Shown here piece by piece: positions 1-8,276 of a DNA stretch of 45,842 nucleotides. A model generated the notes under the pieces. It saw only the letters and a list, made by a program, of their open reading frames with translations, did not search any database and had not been told where the DNA came from. A program made the position numbers and the translations under genes. Position 1 is the first letter of the stretch. Every line of letters begins with the position of its first letter. The DNA lies in the IMG/VR virus record IMGVR_UViG_3300044984_003392, positions 1-45,842 of that record. The stretch is one strand, 5' to 3'. This DNA is from a virus (Duplodnaviria > Caudoviricetes).

Positions 1-213
1 CCGACACCTGCTGATCCGTCATAGCCGGATTTGCCTGCTTGATCAGATTCTTGATCTGATTCTCTTTCGCTTGCGTCCCTGCCGAGGCCTGATCATCCAC
101 AGCGAAATAATCTCGCGCTTGCTGCTTCTGCTCCGGAGTGCCAGAAACCGCCCACTGACGCATCTTCGCAGCTTCTTTCTTGTCACTCGTACCAGCCCGG
201 CTACTCTCCGCCG
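1..213. repeat. Terminal direct repeat, left copy (imperfect)
   Basis: Matches 45630-45842 with 6 mismatches at positions 46, 48, 55, 71, 74, 86; 87-213 identical. Confidence 0.95.
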
Positions 214-874
214 CCGCAGAACTCGCCCCAGCACTCGCATTACTCGCGTTTGTCTGCGCGGAAATCCGGCTATTCTCCAGCCCTTCCCTTTTCGCCATAC
301 GCTCTGGGTCAGCCTCAAATTCCTTAATGCGAGCTTCTGCCTTCTTCTTCTCCGCATCCGTCTGGGCATTCGCCAGATCCTGCTCCAGCTTCCTCTTCGT
401 ATTCGGGAAGAGCTCCGCCTTTTGCTGCGTATCTTGAGTCAGCTGATTTACCCTTGCCCCCGACTCAGCCTTCCGCATATCCAATTCCTGTTGCTTCAGC
501 GCATTCTGCTTTTCATTATACGAAAGCATATTATGCGCAGTCGCGCCCGCCATCATCGCTTCCCCGATCATCCCCATATCGTCCTGGCCCGGCTTGTTCC
601 CCTGCATCATACGGGTTCCCATCATCAGCATGGCCTGTGTCATCTTCGGATCGGAGCGTATCTTATCAAAAAAGCCCATGCCAGTCGGGGTATCCCCTTG
701 CGCACCTTCTTCCATGATAATATCCTGCATGTTCACGGCAGGCGCAACAGGAGCTTGCGCAACAGGAGCCGGAGCCACCTGCGTTGGCGGCACAACCCCA
801 ATCGGCTGCTGGGGTATCCCCGGCGGAAGCTCCCCGGCCATCCCTGGCTGAACCGGCATCATAAAGTTTTCCAT
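1..874 (-). CDS. Putative internal virion/ejection protein, 5' part (continues at 45629-45379; ~374 aa in total)
   Basis: Manual translation: ATG at 874 overlaps the upstream TGA (TGATG); the frame MENFMMPVQPG...KMRQWAVSGTPEQKQQ...TDQQVS is open to position 1 and matches the 45379-45792 ORF; missing from the ORF track because it runs off the end. Confidence 0.8.
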   Translation of the reverse strand, partial: MENFMMPVQPGMAGELPPGIPQQPIGVVPPTQVAPAPVAQAPVAPAVNMQDIIMEEGAQGDTPTGMGFFDKIRSDPKMTQAMLMMGTRMMQGNKPGQDDMGMIGEAMMAGATAHNMLSYNEKQNALKQQELDMRKAESGARVNQLTQDTQQKAELFPNTKRKLEQDLANAQTDAEKKKAEARIKEFEADPERMAKREGLENSRISAQTNASNASAGASSAAAESSRAGTSDKKEAAKMRQWAVSGTPEQKQQARDYFAVDDQASAGTQAKENQIKNLIKQANPAMTDQQVS

Positions 875-1281
875 CAGAATTTCCTCCCGCCATATATGAT
901 CTGCCCGAGGCTCGCTCTCGGCGCCGTTTGCTCTTTTCCCCCAGGTGTCGTCAGCATCTGCATCTGGCCGACGGAATTCCTCGGGGCCGCTGCTCCTCCC
1001 CCACCAGCTGGTCGAAGACGTTCCGGTGCTCCAGTCATCTTGCTCAGCGCCAGCATCTGTTCCGGGGTGAATCCAACCTCCCCCTCTTTCTTCTTCGGGT
1101 CAGGCTTCTTGCTTCCCGCAGTCTCCCCCTCGACCTGCGCCGTCAGCTTACTCTGTGCCCAACCTTCTGGGGAGTATGGCACTGGCGGTTGTTCCTGCGC
1201 GGCCGGCAACTGCAAGTATGCCGGATTCACCGTAGGATCTGTCGCAAACAGCCCGCCATATGGATCAGTTAAACCGTTCAT
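874..1281 (-). CDS. Putative internal virion/ejection protein (135 aa)
   Basis: ATG 1281 directly after the upstream stop; Pro/Gln/Gly-rich; lies in the ejection gene cluster. Confidence 0.65.
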   Translation of the reverse strand: MNGLTDPYGGLFATDPTVNPAYLQLPAAQEQPPVPYSPEGWAQSKLTAQVEGETAGSKKPDPKKKEGEVGFTPEQMLALSKMTGAPERLRPAGGGGAAAPRNSVGQMQMLTTPGGKEQTAPRASLGQIIYGGRKF

Positions 1282-1282
1282 A

Positions 1283-2137
1283 TCAGCCTCCGTAAAGTAA
1301 TTGTGCAAGGGACTTCCGCGGAGCCGTCTGCCCGGCTGCCCCACCAGACGGAGCCGAAACCTGCTGCATTTGCACCGGGCCTGGATTCCCTTGTGGAGCC
1401 GGACTTCCACCACTCGGGGCAGCTACACCCCCCTGTTGCGGCTGCGCCGTCATCATGTTAATTCCATTATAGGCGGAGTTCGCGCGTTGAAGCTGCTGCA
1501 TAGCCGCCAGTGCATCTGCCGAGTTGGCCGCGCTGGCAATCTGTCCAGTCGACATATTTCCACCCGCCATCAGCCCGCCTTGCATACCCGTAGCTTGCGC
1601 CCCTGTGGTAAGGCCCGGAGCCGTGCCAGTCCCACTCAAGCCTGCCGTAATCCCACTCCCTGTCGGAGCTACTGACCCTTGCGCGCCAAGAACACCCCCT
1701 GCCGGCTGCACCAGCCCATTCGCCCCACCCATAGCGCCCGTCGAGCTCGAACTTCCCATCCCCATGGGTTCCAGAATACTGGCAAAGCCAGTTGGCGCCT
1801 GTGCCCCGGCCACCCCAGTTGCATTTCCAGCAGTCAACGTCCCACCCTGTTGCGCGGCCAGACTCGCAGCTGCATCTCCCCCCGCAACCGCACCAGTTCC
1901 TGCCCCAGTCCCAGCGGTTGTACCCGCAGCCGTGCCAGCTGTTGTGCCAGCCCCAGCACCGGCCGTCGTTCCCAACGCGCCAGCTGTCGTCCCGGCTCCT
2001 GTCCCTGCCGCAGTCAGCGCACCTGAACCCGCCGCTACCGCTCCTGCTGCCGCCTCCGCCGCTGCCGCTGCTGCCGCTGCTTCAGCCGCCGCAATCGCCG
2101 CTGCCGAAAGAGTTGCACCTGTCGCTATTCCCGCCAT
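1283..2137 (-). CDS. Ala/Gly/Thr-rich internal virion (ejection/pilot) protein
   Basis: 284-aa low-complexity ORF with GGAG RBS; composition and position typical of podovirus ejection proteins. Confidence 0.7.
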   Translation of the reverse strand: MAGIATGATLSAAAIAAAEAAAAAAAAEAAAGAVAAGSGALTAAGTGAGTTAGALGTTAGAGAGTTAGTAAGTTAGTGAGTGAVAGGDAAASLAAQQGGTLTAGNATGVAGAQAPTGFASILEPMGMGSSSSTGAMGGANGLVQPAGGVLGAQGSVAPTGSGITAGLSGTGTAPGLTTGAQATGMQGGLMAGGNMSTGQIASAANSADALAAMQQLQRANSAYNGINMMTAQPQQGGVAAPSGGSPAPQGNPGPVQMQQVSAPSGGAAGQTAPRKSLAQLLYGG

Positions 2138-2138
2138 G

Positions 2139-2630
2139 TTAATTCTCCAGTCTTAATTGATATTTATCAAACTCTTCAAACGTCGCAAAGGTCATTTCAT
2201 CCAGTATCTTCTCCGGATCTGTCACATCCGTTCTGATAAAGTTACTCCAGACCACATCGGTATAAGCCACCAGCACTCGCTTCGTCCCGGCTTTACTCAC
2301 AAACTTACAAGGGGCCTTTAACCTTACCTCCCCCTCTTCCGAGAGTACCGCAACCTCCCCTTCTGAAAGCACATTAATACAGGCATTCTTATGAACCCGG
2401 CTGACGACAATCGTCCCCTTCGGCATGAAGATTTCCCGCGAGCAGACCCCGTTCGCAAACAGATGCGTGACTGGAAACAGCCCGTCCAGGTCCTCCGGAG
2501 CCGCCGCTTCTACAATCTTTTCCAGGGCGAGAATCCCTTCCCTCGAGGCGAATGGGGCCAGGTGGAAGCCCTTGTGAATGACTTCCTTCGCCTCTTCCTT
2601 CCTGCCAAAGATCCGTTTCAGCCAGTTCAC
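2139..2630 (-). CDS. Cupin-like phage protein
   Basis: THLFANGVCSREIFMPKGTIVVSRVHK...FVSKAGTKR resembles a conserved phage cupin-fold family; GTG start with AGGGGG RBS. Confidence 0.6.
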   Translation of the reverse strand: MNWLKRIFGRKEEAKEVIHKGFHLAPFASREGILALEKIVEAAAPEDLDGLFPVTHLFANGVCSREIFMPKGTIVVSRVHKNACINVLSEGEVAVLSEEGEVRLKAPCKFVSKAGTKRVLVAYTDVVWSNFIRTDVTDPEKILDEMTFATFEEFDKYQLRLEN

Positions 2631-2639
2631 AATTCCCCC

Positions 2640-3536
2640 TTACGCGTTCATCATCTGGTAGATAGAAGCCGCGGTCAAGCCGGCTCCGGCTGCCTGCCCG
2701 ATCGGGTTTCGATTCCCACCTCCGCTCGTCATGGTCGTCTGCTGCGTACTCGGCGCGCTTCCACCATAGACCAGCGAGGCGTAATTCTGCAGCGGAATCC
2801 AAGGCGCGTTCATTCCCCAGAGTTTCGAGTTCGCAGTATAGTCCGCCTGCTGCTGGCCCAAATTCTCCTTCTGTGCCCCCACGGACGACAGCCAATTCAC
2901 CGGCGTCATCCCCGCTTCCATCGCTTGCGGGGCAAACGTAAGCGTCTTTTGGAAAGTCTCTTGCCCCTTGTTGTAGGCATCGCTCGCGATCTTGGCCGAA
3001 ACATCCCCTTGCGCCTGGGCCATTCTTCCCGCAGCCAGGCCTTCCGCAATCCCCTGTCTGGAAGAGCCCACCTGCCCGGCCTGCCCAGCGTTCGAGCGAA
3101 TCTGGCTCATCACCCCACCTGCGTCCGTATAGCTCTCCTGGATGGGCCTTACCGCTGCGGAAATTGCCTTATTCAGATACGGATTATTCTCCACATCCAT
3201 GGCGCCTGTAAGCCCGTAATTCACCCCATTATTGATATTCTGGACTTGATCTTGCGCAGCCGCCGCGTTCTGTATCGCGAGGTTCTGGCTCACCTGAGTC
3301 TCCGGCGAGAACCCTACAGGCGTGGAACCGGGATAGGGCGAGTTCGCAATCGTTCCCGCGTTGGACTGATAAACCCTCTGGGCCTCGTCCATCACCTGGG
3401 CCCGCCTCGCTGCCTCTTCCGGGGAGTAATTCACATTCGTAGTAGTCCCGGTACTTTCGGTACTCCCCCCTCCTCCACCATTCGCCATCGGGAGCCCGGG
3501 TACACACCCCTGGTGCCTATGCATATTCCAGTTCAT
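2640..3536 (-). CDS. Internal virion/DNA ejection protein
   Basis: 298 aa, Gln/Ala/Gly-rich with an N-terminal GGGGG-S/T tract and a GSSRQGIAEG motif typical of podovirus DNA-transfer proteins. Confidence 0.7.
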   Translation of the reverse strand: MNWNMHRHQGCVPGLPMANGGGGGSTESTGTTTNVNYSPEEAARRAQVMDEAQRVYQSNAGTIANSPYPGSTPVGFSPETQVSQNLAIQNAAAAQDQVQNINNGVNYGLTGAMDVENNPYLNKAISAAVRPIQESYTDAGGVMSQIRSNAGQAGQVGSSRQGIAEGLAAGRMAQAQGDVSAKIASDAYNKGQETFQKTLTFAPQAMEAGMTPVNWLSSVGAQKENLGQQQADYTANSKLWGMNAPWIPLQNYASLVYGGSAPSTQQTTMTSGGGNRNPIGQAAGAGLTAASIYQMMNA

Positions 3537-3985
3537 AATTCTTCCTTTCCAGATAGATCCTTTTTGTAGACCCGGTAAACTTCCTTATACCCATGCCGCT
3601 TTGCGAGCCGCATCGCACTTTCCCCACCATACCCACGCATTTCCACAGCCCCGTTATCTCTGGCCCAGTCCTCCAGCGCGGCATTAAACCAGTAAAAGTC
3701 CTTTGCGTTCCCGGCGTAGGCAATTACATCGCAAATGCGCTTGAGAGGGTAGTTGCAGAAGTAGGTAATCATGGCCGCGTTAATTGTACCATTAACCTCC
3801 CCAACAAAGCATTGCATCTTTCCCAGGGCACATTCCCGCAGCGCCAACCAGACGTCAATCTCTCCAGCCGAACGCGCAAACGCTGGGACTAGTAACTCCG
3901 CCAGCTCTTGTACCCGCTCCAGACATTCGTCCGGAAACAACTGCCTTGCCTTACAGTTTTTCCCAGTTTCCACTTCTAAACTCAT
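3533..3985 (-). CDS. GNAT-fold-like phage protein (putative acetyltransferase-like)
   Basis: YPLKRICDVIAYAG...LEDWARDNGAVEMRGYG...RHGYKEVY pattern; position between nozzle and ejection genes; start could be 4030. Confidence 0.5.
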   Translation of the reverse strand: MSLEVETGKNCKARQLFPDECLERVQELAELLVPAFARSAGEIDVWLALRECALGKMQCFVGEVNGTINAAMITYFCNYPLKRICDVIAYAGNAKDFYWFNAALEDWARDNGAVEMRGYGGESAMRLAKRHGYKEVYRVYKKDLSGKEEL

Positions 3986-4193
3986 ACAGTCCCTTTCCAG
4001 CTCCAGGATTCCAATCCGTGCCATCAGCAATCGCCAACATACCTTCTCTTACCCGTCCAGGAACCACATGGAGTACCGGAAGAAATCGGCCTTCTTCAAC
4101 CATATTCAATATGGAGGAAATCTGCAAGAGCTCATCGTAAAGATAGTCTCGTATCCTGGAATCGTCTTGTGGCGGGATAGTCGGTGTATACAT
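3951..4193 (-). CDS. Small conserved tail-associated protein (80 aa)
   Basis: REGMLAIADGTDWNPGAGKGLY motif seen in small podovirus tail proteins; TAATG coupling to the nozzle gene. Confidence 0.65.
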   Translation of the reverse strand: MYTPTIPPQDDSRIRDYLYDELLQISSILNMVEEGRFLPVLHVVPGRVREGMLAIADGTDWNPGAGKGLYEFRSGNWEKL

Positions 4194-5860
4194 TACATCT
4201 CCCCTGCTGCCTTAACATCAATATCTATGCCATTAAAGCGCCAGATCGTCGTCGGCACCAGCCCATACACAGGAGACGGATACACAGTCTCCGGCTTTCC
4301 GGGAAGAGTTGCCCTGACTAGATTCGCCTCAACCGGAGTATCGCTCTCAATCCGAATCGCCATCACCTTGCCGGACAAGGTAATATCAAACTTTCTGGTA
4401 GTCCCTATCACAAACTCAAACGGGGTCTTCCACTTAATATCTTCCCCGACTGAATCCGCAACCCCAAAGGTAACCAATAACTTTGTCCCAGGATCTCCGG
4501 TGAACCTCGGCCAGACCCTACGCACGAACTTCACCGAGGAAAGATCCGGCGCCTTATCCGTCCGCGTGGGAATCCCGATATAGGTTCTTTCCAGAATAAA
4601 AGGCCCGTGGATAATACTCCCCCCATCCGTCCAGGCCAGCAACTCTTCCCCGAGCCCGAGAAGGCGTTGAAAAGCTGGAATCTGCGTAACCTCGCCCCAG
4701 ACCATACCTTCATTATCCCAAATCCCTGGCGCGGTATCCCAAGTATCCGTATTCCTCGGCTGGGTTGTCAGCCTCCCCGTCCCGATGAAGCGGTAATCGG
4801 GCAGTGCCCTTAGGGTTAAGGTCTCTTCCAGATAGTTATAAACAATCGCCGTATCAACCGCTTGCTTTTCATCCTCCTGCTGGCGGAAGCAAAACCAGAC
4901 CTCATCAAACGCCGGATTGGTGCAGACAAAACAAGAAGAAAGTTGTGTGTCGGAGAGCAGTTTCAACAGACTCTTATACCTTCCAGTAACAACACTCTTT
5001 GCCGAATTTCCGTCATGGATGACAAGATCCGTACCTGTAAAGCAAAAGTGTTTTCCAGAGACGTACTCCACCGCGCAATTACGCGTCGGAATCCCCCAGT
5101 CGCCGAAAATCTTATAAAAGCGAAAGACGAAAACGCCACCTACGTACTGCATACCCCAGACGGAATCTGTCTTATAGACGATGTTGGTATCTCGTAGGCT
5201 TACACAATCCACACATTGCCCTGGGGTTTCCGAGAGCACGGTTTCCCCTGCGTCCTTCGTTGGATCAGCCGCGTCCCAGGAGCTCGGAACAGTCCCGGGG
5301 TCAGCCGGATGACTCCACTTCACCATTGTGGTGAAGTTGCCAGCGCCCGCCCCCGTCCGAGTAATCCCCAATGCGACCAGATATTGCTTGAACGAGCGGA
5401 GGGTATAGCAGGTATCCGTCGTGGGCCAGTTGGCCAAGGGTATCAGCTTTTCCGCAGGATCTGGAGTTAGCCAGGCCCAGGGCGCCCTTGTCCCGTCATT
5501 GGCCACGGATACTTGTCCAAGCACACCACCTGACCAGGCGAGTTCCCCTGGCTGCGGCCCACCTGCTGGCATAGAGGCTGGAGTCACATCCGTAAGTGTG
5601 TGCTGTTCCAGCGCATAAAAGTTGTTATCCGCGCAAAGGAGCCACTCCGCCGAATACTTCGCGCCGATGTTTGTAAGCAGCGCGTAGGTAAATTGCTCCT
5701 CCGTTTCAAGAAGTTTCAGATCCCCTTGCATGGCTTTTACAGCCCCATGCGAGAATCTTGCATTATACCCAAACGACCAGGCGTTTGCCGGGAGTTCAGC
5801 CGGGGCTATGTCTACTGAAATTCCGTGCTGACCGGCCAGTGCTACAGAAACTATTGACAT
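4193..5860 (-). CDS. Tail nozzle / DNA stabilisation protein (beta-propeller; P22 gp10 / T7 gp12 functional analogue)
   Basis: ~555 aa, beta-rich; VKWSHPADPGTVPSSWD and IVYKTDSVWGMQYVGG motifs; AAAGGA RBS before ATG 5860. Confidence 0.75.
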   Translation of the reverse strand: MSIVSVALAGQHGISVDIAPAELPANAWSFGYNARFSHGAVKAMQGDLKLLETEEQFTYALLTNIGAKYSAEWLLCADNNFYALEQHTLTDVTPASMPAGGPQPGELAWSGGVLGQVSVANDGTRAPWAWLTPDPAEKLIPLANWPTTDTCYTLRSFKQYLVALGITRTGAGAGNFTTMVKWSHPADPGTVPSSWDAADPTKDAGETVLSETPGQCVDCVSLRDTNIVYKTDSVWGMQYVGGVFVFRFYKIFGDWGIPTRNCAVEYVSGKHFCFTGTDLVIHDGNSAKSVVTGRYKSLLKLLSDTQLSSCFVCTNPAFDEVWFCFRQQEDEKQAVDTAIVYNYLEETLTLRALPDYRFIGTGRLTTQPRNTDTWDTAPGIWDNEGMVWGEVTQIPAFQRLLGLGEELLAWTDGGSIIHGPFILERTYIGIPTRTDKAPDLSSVKFVRRVWPRFTGDPGTKLLVTFGVADSVGEDIKWKTPFEFVIGTTRKFDITLSGKVMAIRIESDTPVEANLVRATLPGKPETVYPSPVYGLVPTTIWRFNGIDIDVKAAGEM

Positions 5861-5882
5861 TTTACATCCTTTAGCTGAGATT

Positions 5883-7238
5883 CTATAACGGCGCAATATC
5901 TAGTGAAGTACTGGATATGACCGGATTAGTATTAACGCTTTTACGCGCATAGAACACAGAGCAAACACGGCCAGCAGTGGTTTCGCATGCCATCGGCTGA
6001 CCACCGTCAGTGCTATAGATAGGTGATATTGGCGTGCGATATCCGAACTTAGAGATCGCATAGGTTTTAATTGCAGAACCACCACCGGCAGCAACCACAC
6101 CACTGGCGACAGTCGTTGTTGCTATCTGCAAGACGTTGTTGGATATTGAGGTGACAGTGTGGAATTTATTCAACTCAGTTGCCGGAATACCAGCAAAGCC
6201 AACAGCCCCTGAAAGCTCAATCACATCGCCAGTAATCAGGCCATGAGAGTCTTTTGTGATTCTCACCAAAGCTGCGCCAGCAGTCGGCGCAGATAGCGCG
6301 TCCGTGATCAGCGACTCCTGCGCTATACGCTGAATTGATATTCCAGTGGTATCGAAACCGACATTCATCGGCGTACCAGCCGCATCGTAACCGGATGAAC
6401 CGAAACGATCCCCAGCGCTAATTACAAGCGAGTTGTCACTGGCCTTAAACACATTAGGCTGGCGACCATTCAATAACTTGTAATCAATTAGGACGGGGGC
6501 AGCCCAAGTTAGCCCGTCGTCTGTGCTTACTGCGTAATACATATTGTTGTTGTTGCCCAAGTCCTCGCGGCTGATAGCAATCCAATTAGTGCCAGAGGTA
6601 TTGACTAGATCAAATTCATTGAAGGCTTTGCCAGCCACATCAAATACTGTTGCACGGCCAGTCCAAGTCACGCCACCGTCAGAAGATTGGAATAGTGCGC
6701 TCTTGCTATCTGATCCGACACCTGTTGCACCATAGCCTGCCCGGAACAACAGACCACTGGGGCCAGCAACAGCGCGTGACCATAACGCTTGAGTGATGCC
6801 AGCATATGAGACAGTACCCTGAACAGTGGCAACAAGTACCCCGCTTGTCTTTTTCACCGTCCAAACTTTCAGAACAACGGACTCCCCCTCAGATAGTAAA
6901 TCTGACAGTAAATTTGGATTGGTTGTATTGGTAGCAGCATCGTAAAAAATAGCTTGCGTCCAAGTCAGCCCGTTATCATCTGAACGAATAATGTATTGCG
7001 ATGAGCCAGAGGCGTGGGAATTGCTTGAACTGTAAAGGCCGATCAGAGAACTACCCATTTTGACAACAAACGGAAAAGCCAAATATTTCGCCGGATCAAC
7101 TGCGATTATCTTGGTCTTGTAATTAAACAGTTGAGCAAATATGGAATTGTATTGACTACGGGGGATTAGGCAAGGAGCACCATTGTTATCTGTGACCCGC
7201 AATTCATACTTACTTTTAAGCGCTAATGTAACAGGCAT
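5883..7238 (-). CDS. Sialidase/BNR-repeat beta-propeller protein (accessory receptor-binding protein or depolymerase)
   Basis: Asp-boxes RSDDNGLTW, SSDGGVTW, STDDGLTW; AGGGG RBS. Confidence 0.7.
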   Translation of the reverse strand: MPVTLALKSKYELRVTDNNGAPCLIPRSQYNSIFAQLFNYKTKIIAVDPAKYLAFPFVVKMGSSLIGLYSSSNSHASGSSQYIIRSDDNGLTWTQAIFYDAATNTTNPNLLSDLLSEGESVVLKVWTVKKTSGVLVATVQGTVSYAGITQALWSRAVAGPSGLLFRAGYGATGVGSDSKSALFQSSDGGVTWTGRATVFDVAGKAFNEFDLVNTSGTNWIAISREDLGNNNNMYYAVSTDDGLTWAAPVLIDYKLLNGRQPNVFKASDNSLVISAGDRFGSSGYDAAGTPMNVGFDTTGISIQRIAQESLITDALSAPTAGAALVRITKDSHGLITGDVIELSGAVGFAGIPATELNKFHTVTSISNNVLQIATTTVASGVVAAGGGSAIKTYAISKFGYRTPISPIYSTDGGQPMACETTAGRVCSVFYARKSVNTNPVISSTSLDIAPL

Positions 7239-7248
7239 GTTCTTCCCC

Positions 7249-8265
7249 TTAAACTAAACTAATCGCAGTCCAGTGACACAAGTACCTGCGCCCATCTGTG
7301 ACTGCTGCATTGTTGGTAATGGATACTCCGGCATTCGTTAGATTAAAAGCAAACCCATTAATGCTGGTTTGAGTAACCGTATCAGTCAGCCTTGACTCGG
7401 TTCCTGAAAGCGTGTTCTGGAATAGGAATTGAGGCGTGTTAGCCATTGGCGGATTGAACCGAACATCGCCAATAAAGGCATAGTTCGCGGCAGTTGAAGC
7501 TGCAATCAAAGACAGACTGCCCTGCTCTGTAACCGCCCCCCTTGGCGCGCCATATGGATAAGACGTTTGGCGCCTAGTCTTAGCAAGCTGAAACAATTCA
7601 GAAAAAGACGGTCTTTCCACCGCTTTGGCAGTAGTTCCGATAACCAACGCAACAGATTCGATCTCAATATAATCTGAGTTGCCAGCAGTGCCACTCCACG
7701 GAACAGTGATAACCAGCGCCACATTGACTGCATTGCTAGGAATTGCCGCGCTGAAATAGTAAGGTGCGTCCTCCGCGTTACAGGCAGTTGTTAACGCAAT
7801 ATTCTGTTGCGCCGCAACAGTATGCCCACTTGTGTAAGTGCCATCAGCGGAAATGATAGGTTGCTGTTGCTCAATCGAGTATTGAATCCGAGCATTGATA
7901 GTCGTGCCAGTCCATGTTGCTGATTTCTTTGCGTGAAATTGAGCGCAAACGGTATGGCCCGCAAGGGGTTTTGATTCCTCTTCTGTAAGACTCAGCCCCA
8001 AGTTGGTCGGCGAAGTGTCGGACGTTCCGGATACCCGCAAAATACGTGCAGCATCAATAGAATAAGTACCATCCACATGAAGAATCTGCGATCCGGTGGT
8101 AAAGTTGTTTCTAGCGATGGTCGCGCCATCATTCGCCATCACCCGCTGCGTGTCAGTGGTTGCTGCCCCTCCCGCTTGCCACACCGCGAAGAATCCCGCC
8201 CAAGTGTAGTTTTTCACATCCAATTTAAATGTGACTTGCTTATCTGTGATTCTAGTTAGTGCCAT
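7249..8265 (-). CDS. Tail-associated beta-sandwich protein (putative carbohydrate-binding module)
   Basis: 338-aa Thr/Ala/Ser-rich beta-strand ORF between the tail fibre and the sialidase gene; AAGGA RBS. Confidence 0.5.
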   Translation of the reverse strand: MALTRITDKQVTFKLDVKNYTWAGFFAVWQAGGAATTDTQRVMANDGATIARNNFTTGSQILHVDGTYSIDAARILRVSGTSDTSPTNLGLSLTEEESKPLAGHTVCAQFHAKKSATWTGTTINARIQYSIEQQQPIISADGTYTSGHTVAAQQNIALTTACNAEDAPYYFSAAIPSNAVNVALVITVPWSGTAGNSDYIEIESVALVIGTTAKAVERPSFSELFQLAKTRRQTSYPYGAPRGAVTEQGSLSLIAASTAANYAFIGDVRFNPPMANTPQFLFQNTLSGTESRLTDTVTQTSINGFAFNLTNAGVSITNNAAVTDGRRYLCHWTAISLV

Positions 8266-8276
8266 TTTGATTTCCT

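Noticed and set aside
1-213. Imperfect repeat pair as a diversity-generating retroelement TR/VR
   Set aside because: The mismatches are not adenine-specific on either strand, are mostly synonymous, and no reverse transcriptase is encoded.
666-893. 75-aa Cys-rich ORF as a RiPP or metallothionein-like peptide
   Set aside because: An out-of-frame reading of the Pro/Ala/Val-rich start of the real 874-1 gene.
71-1300. 409-aa plus-strand ORF, and similar long antisense ORFs (2391-3569, 15027-15824, 18229-19218, 30802-31767, 32670-33773, 44318-45400)
   Set aside because: Shadow frames opposite well-supported genes; no recognisable motifs; explained by codon bias.
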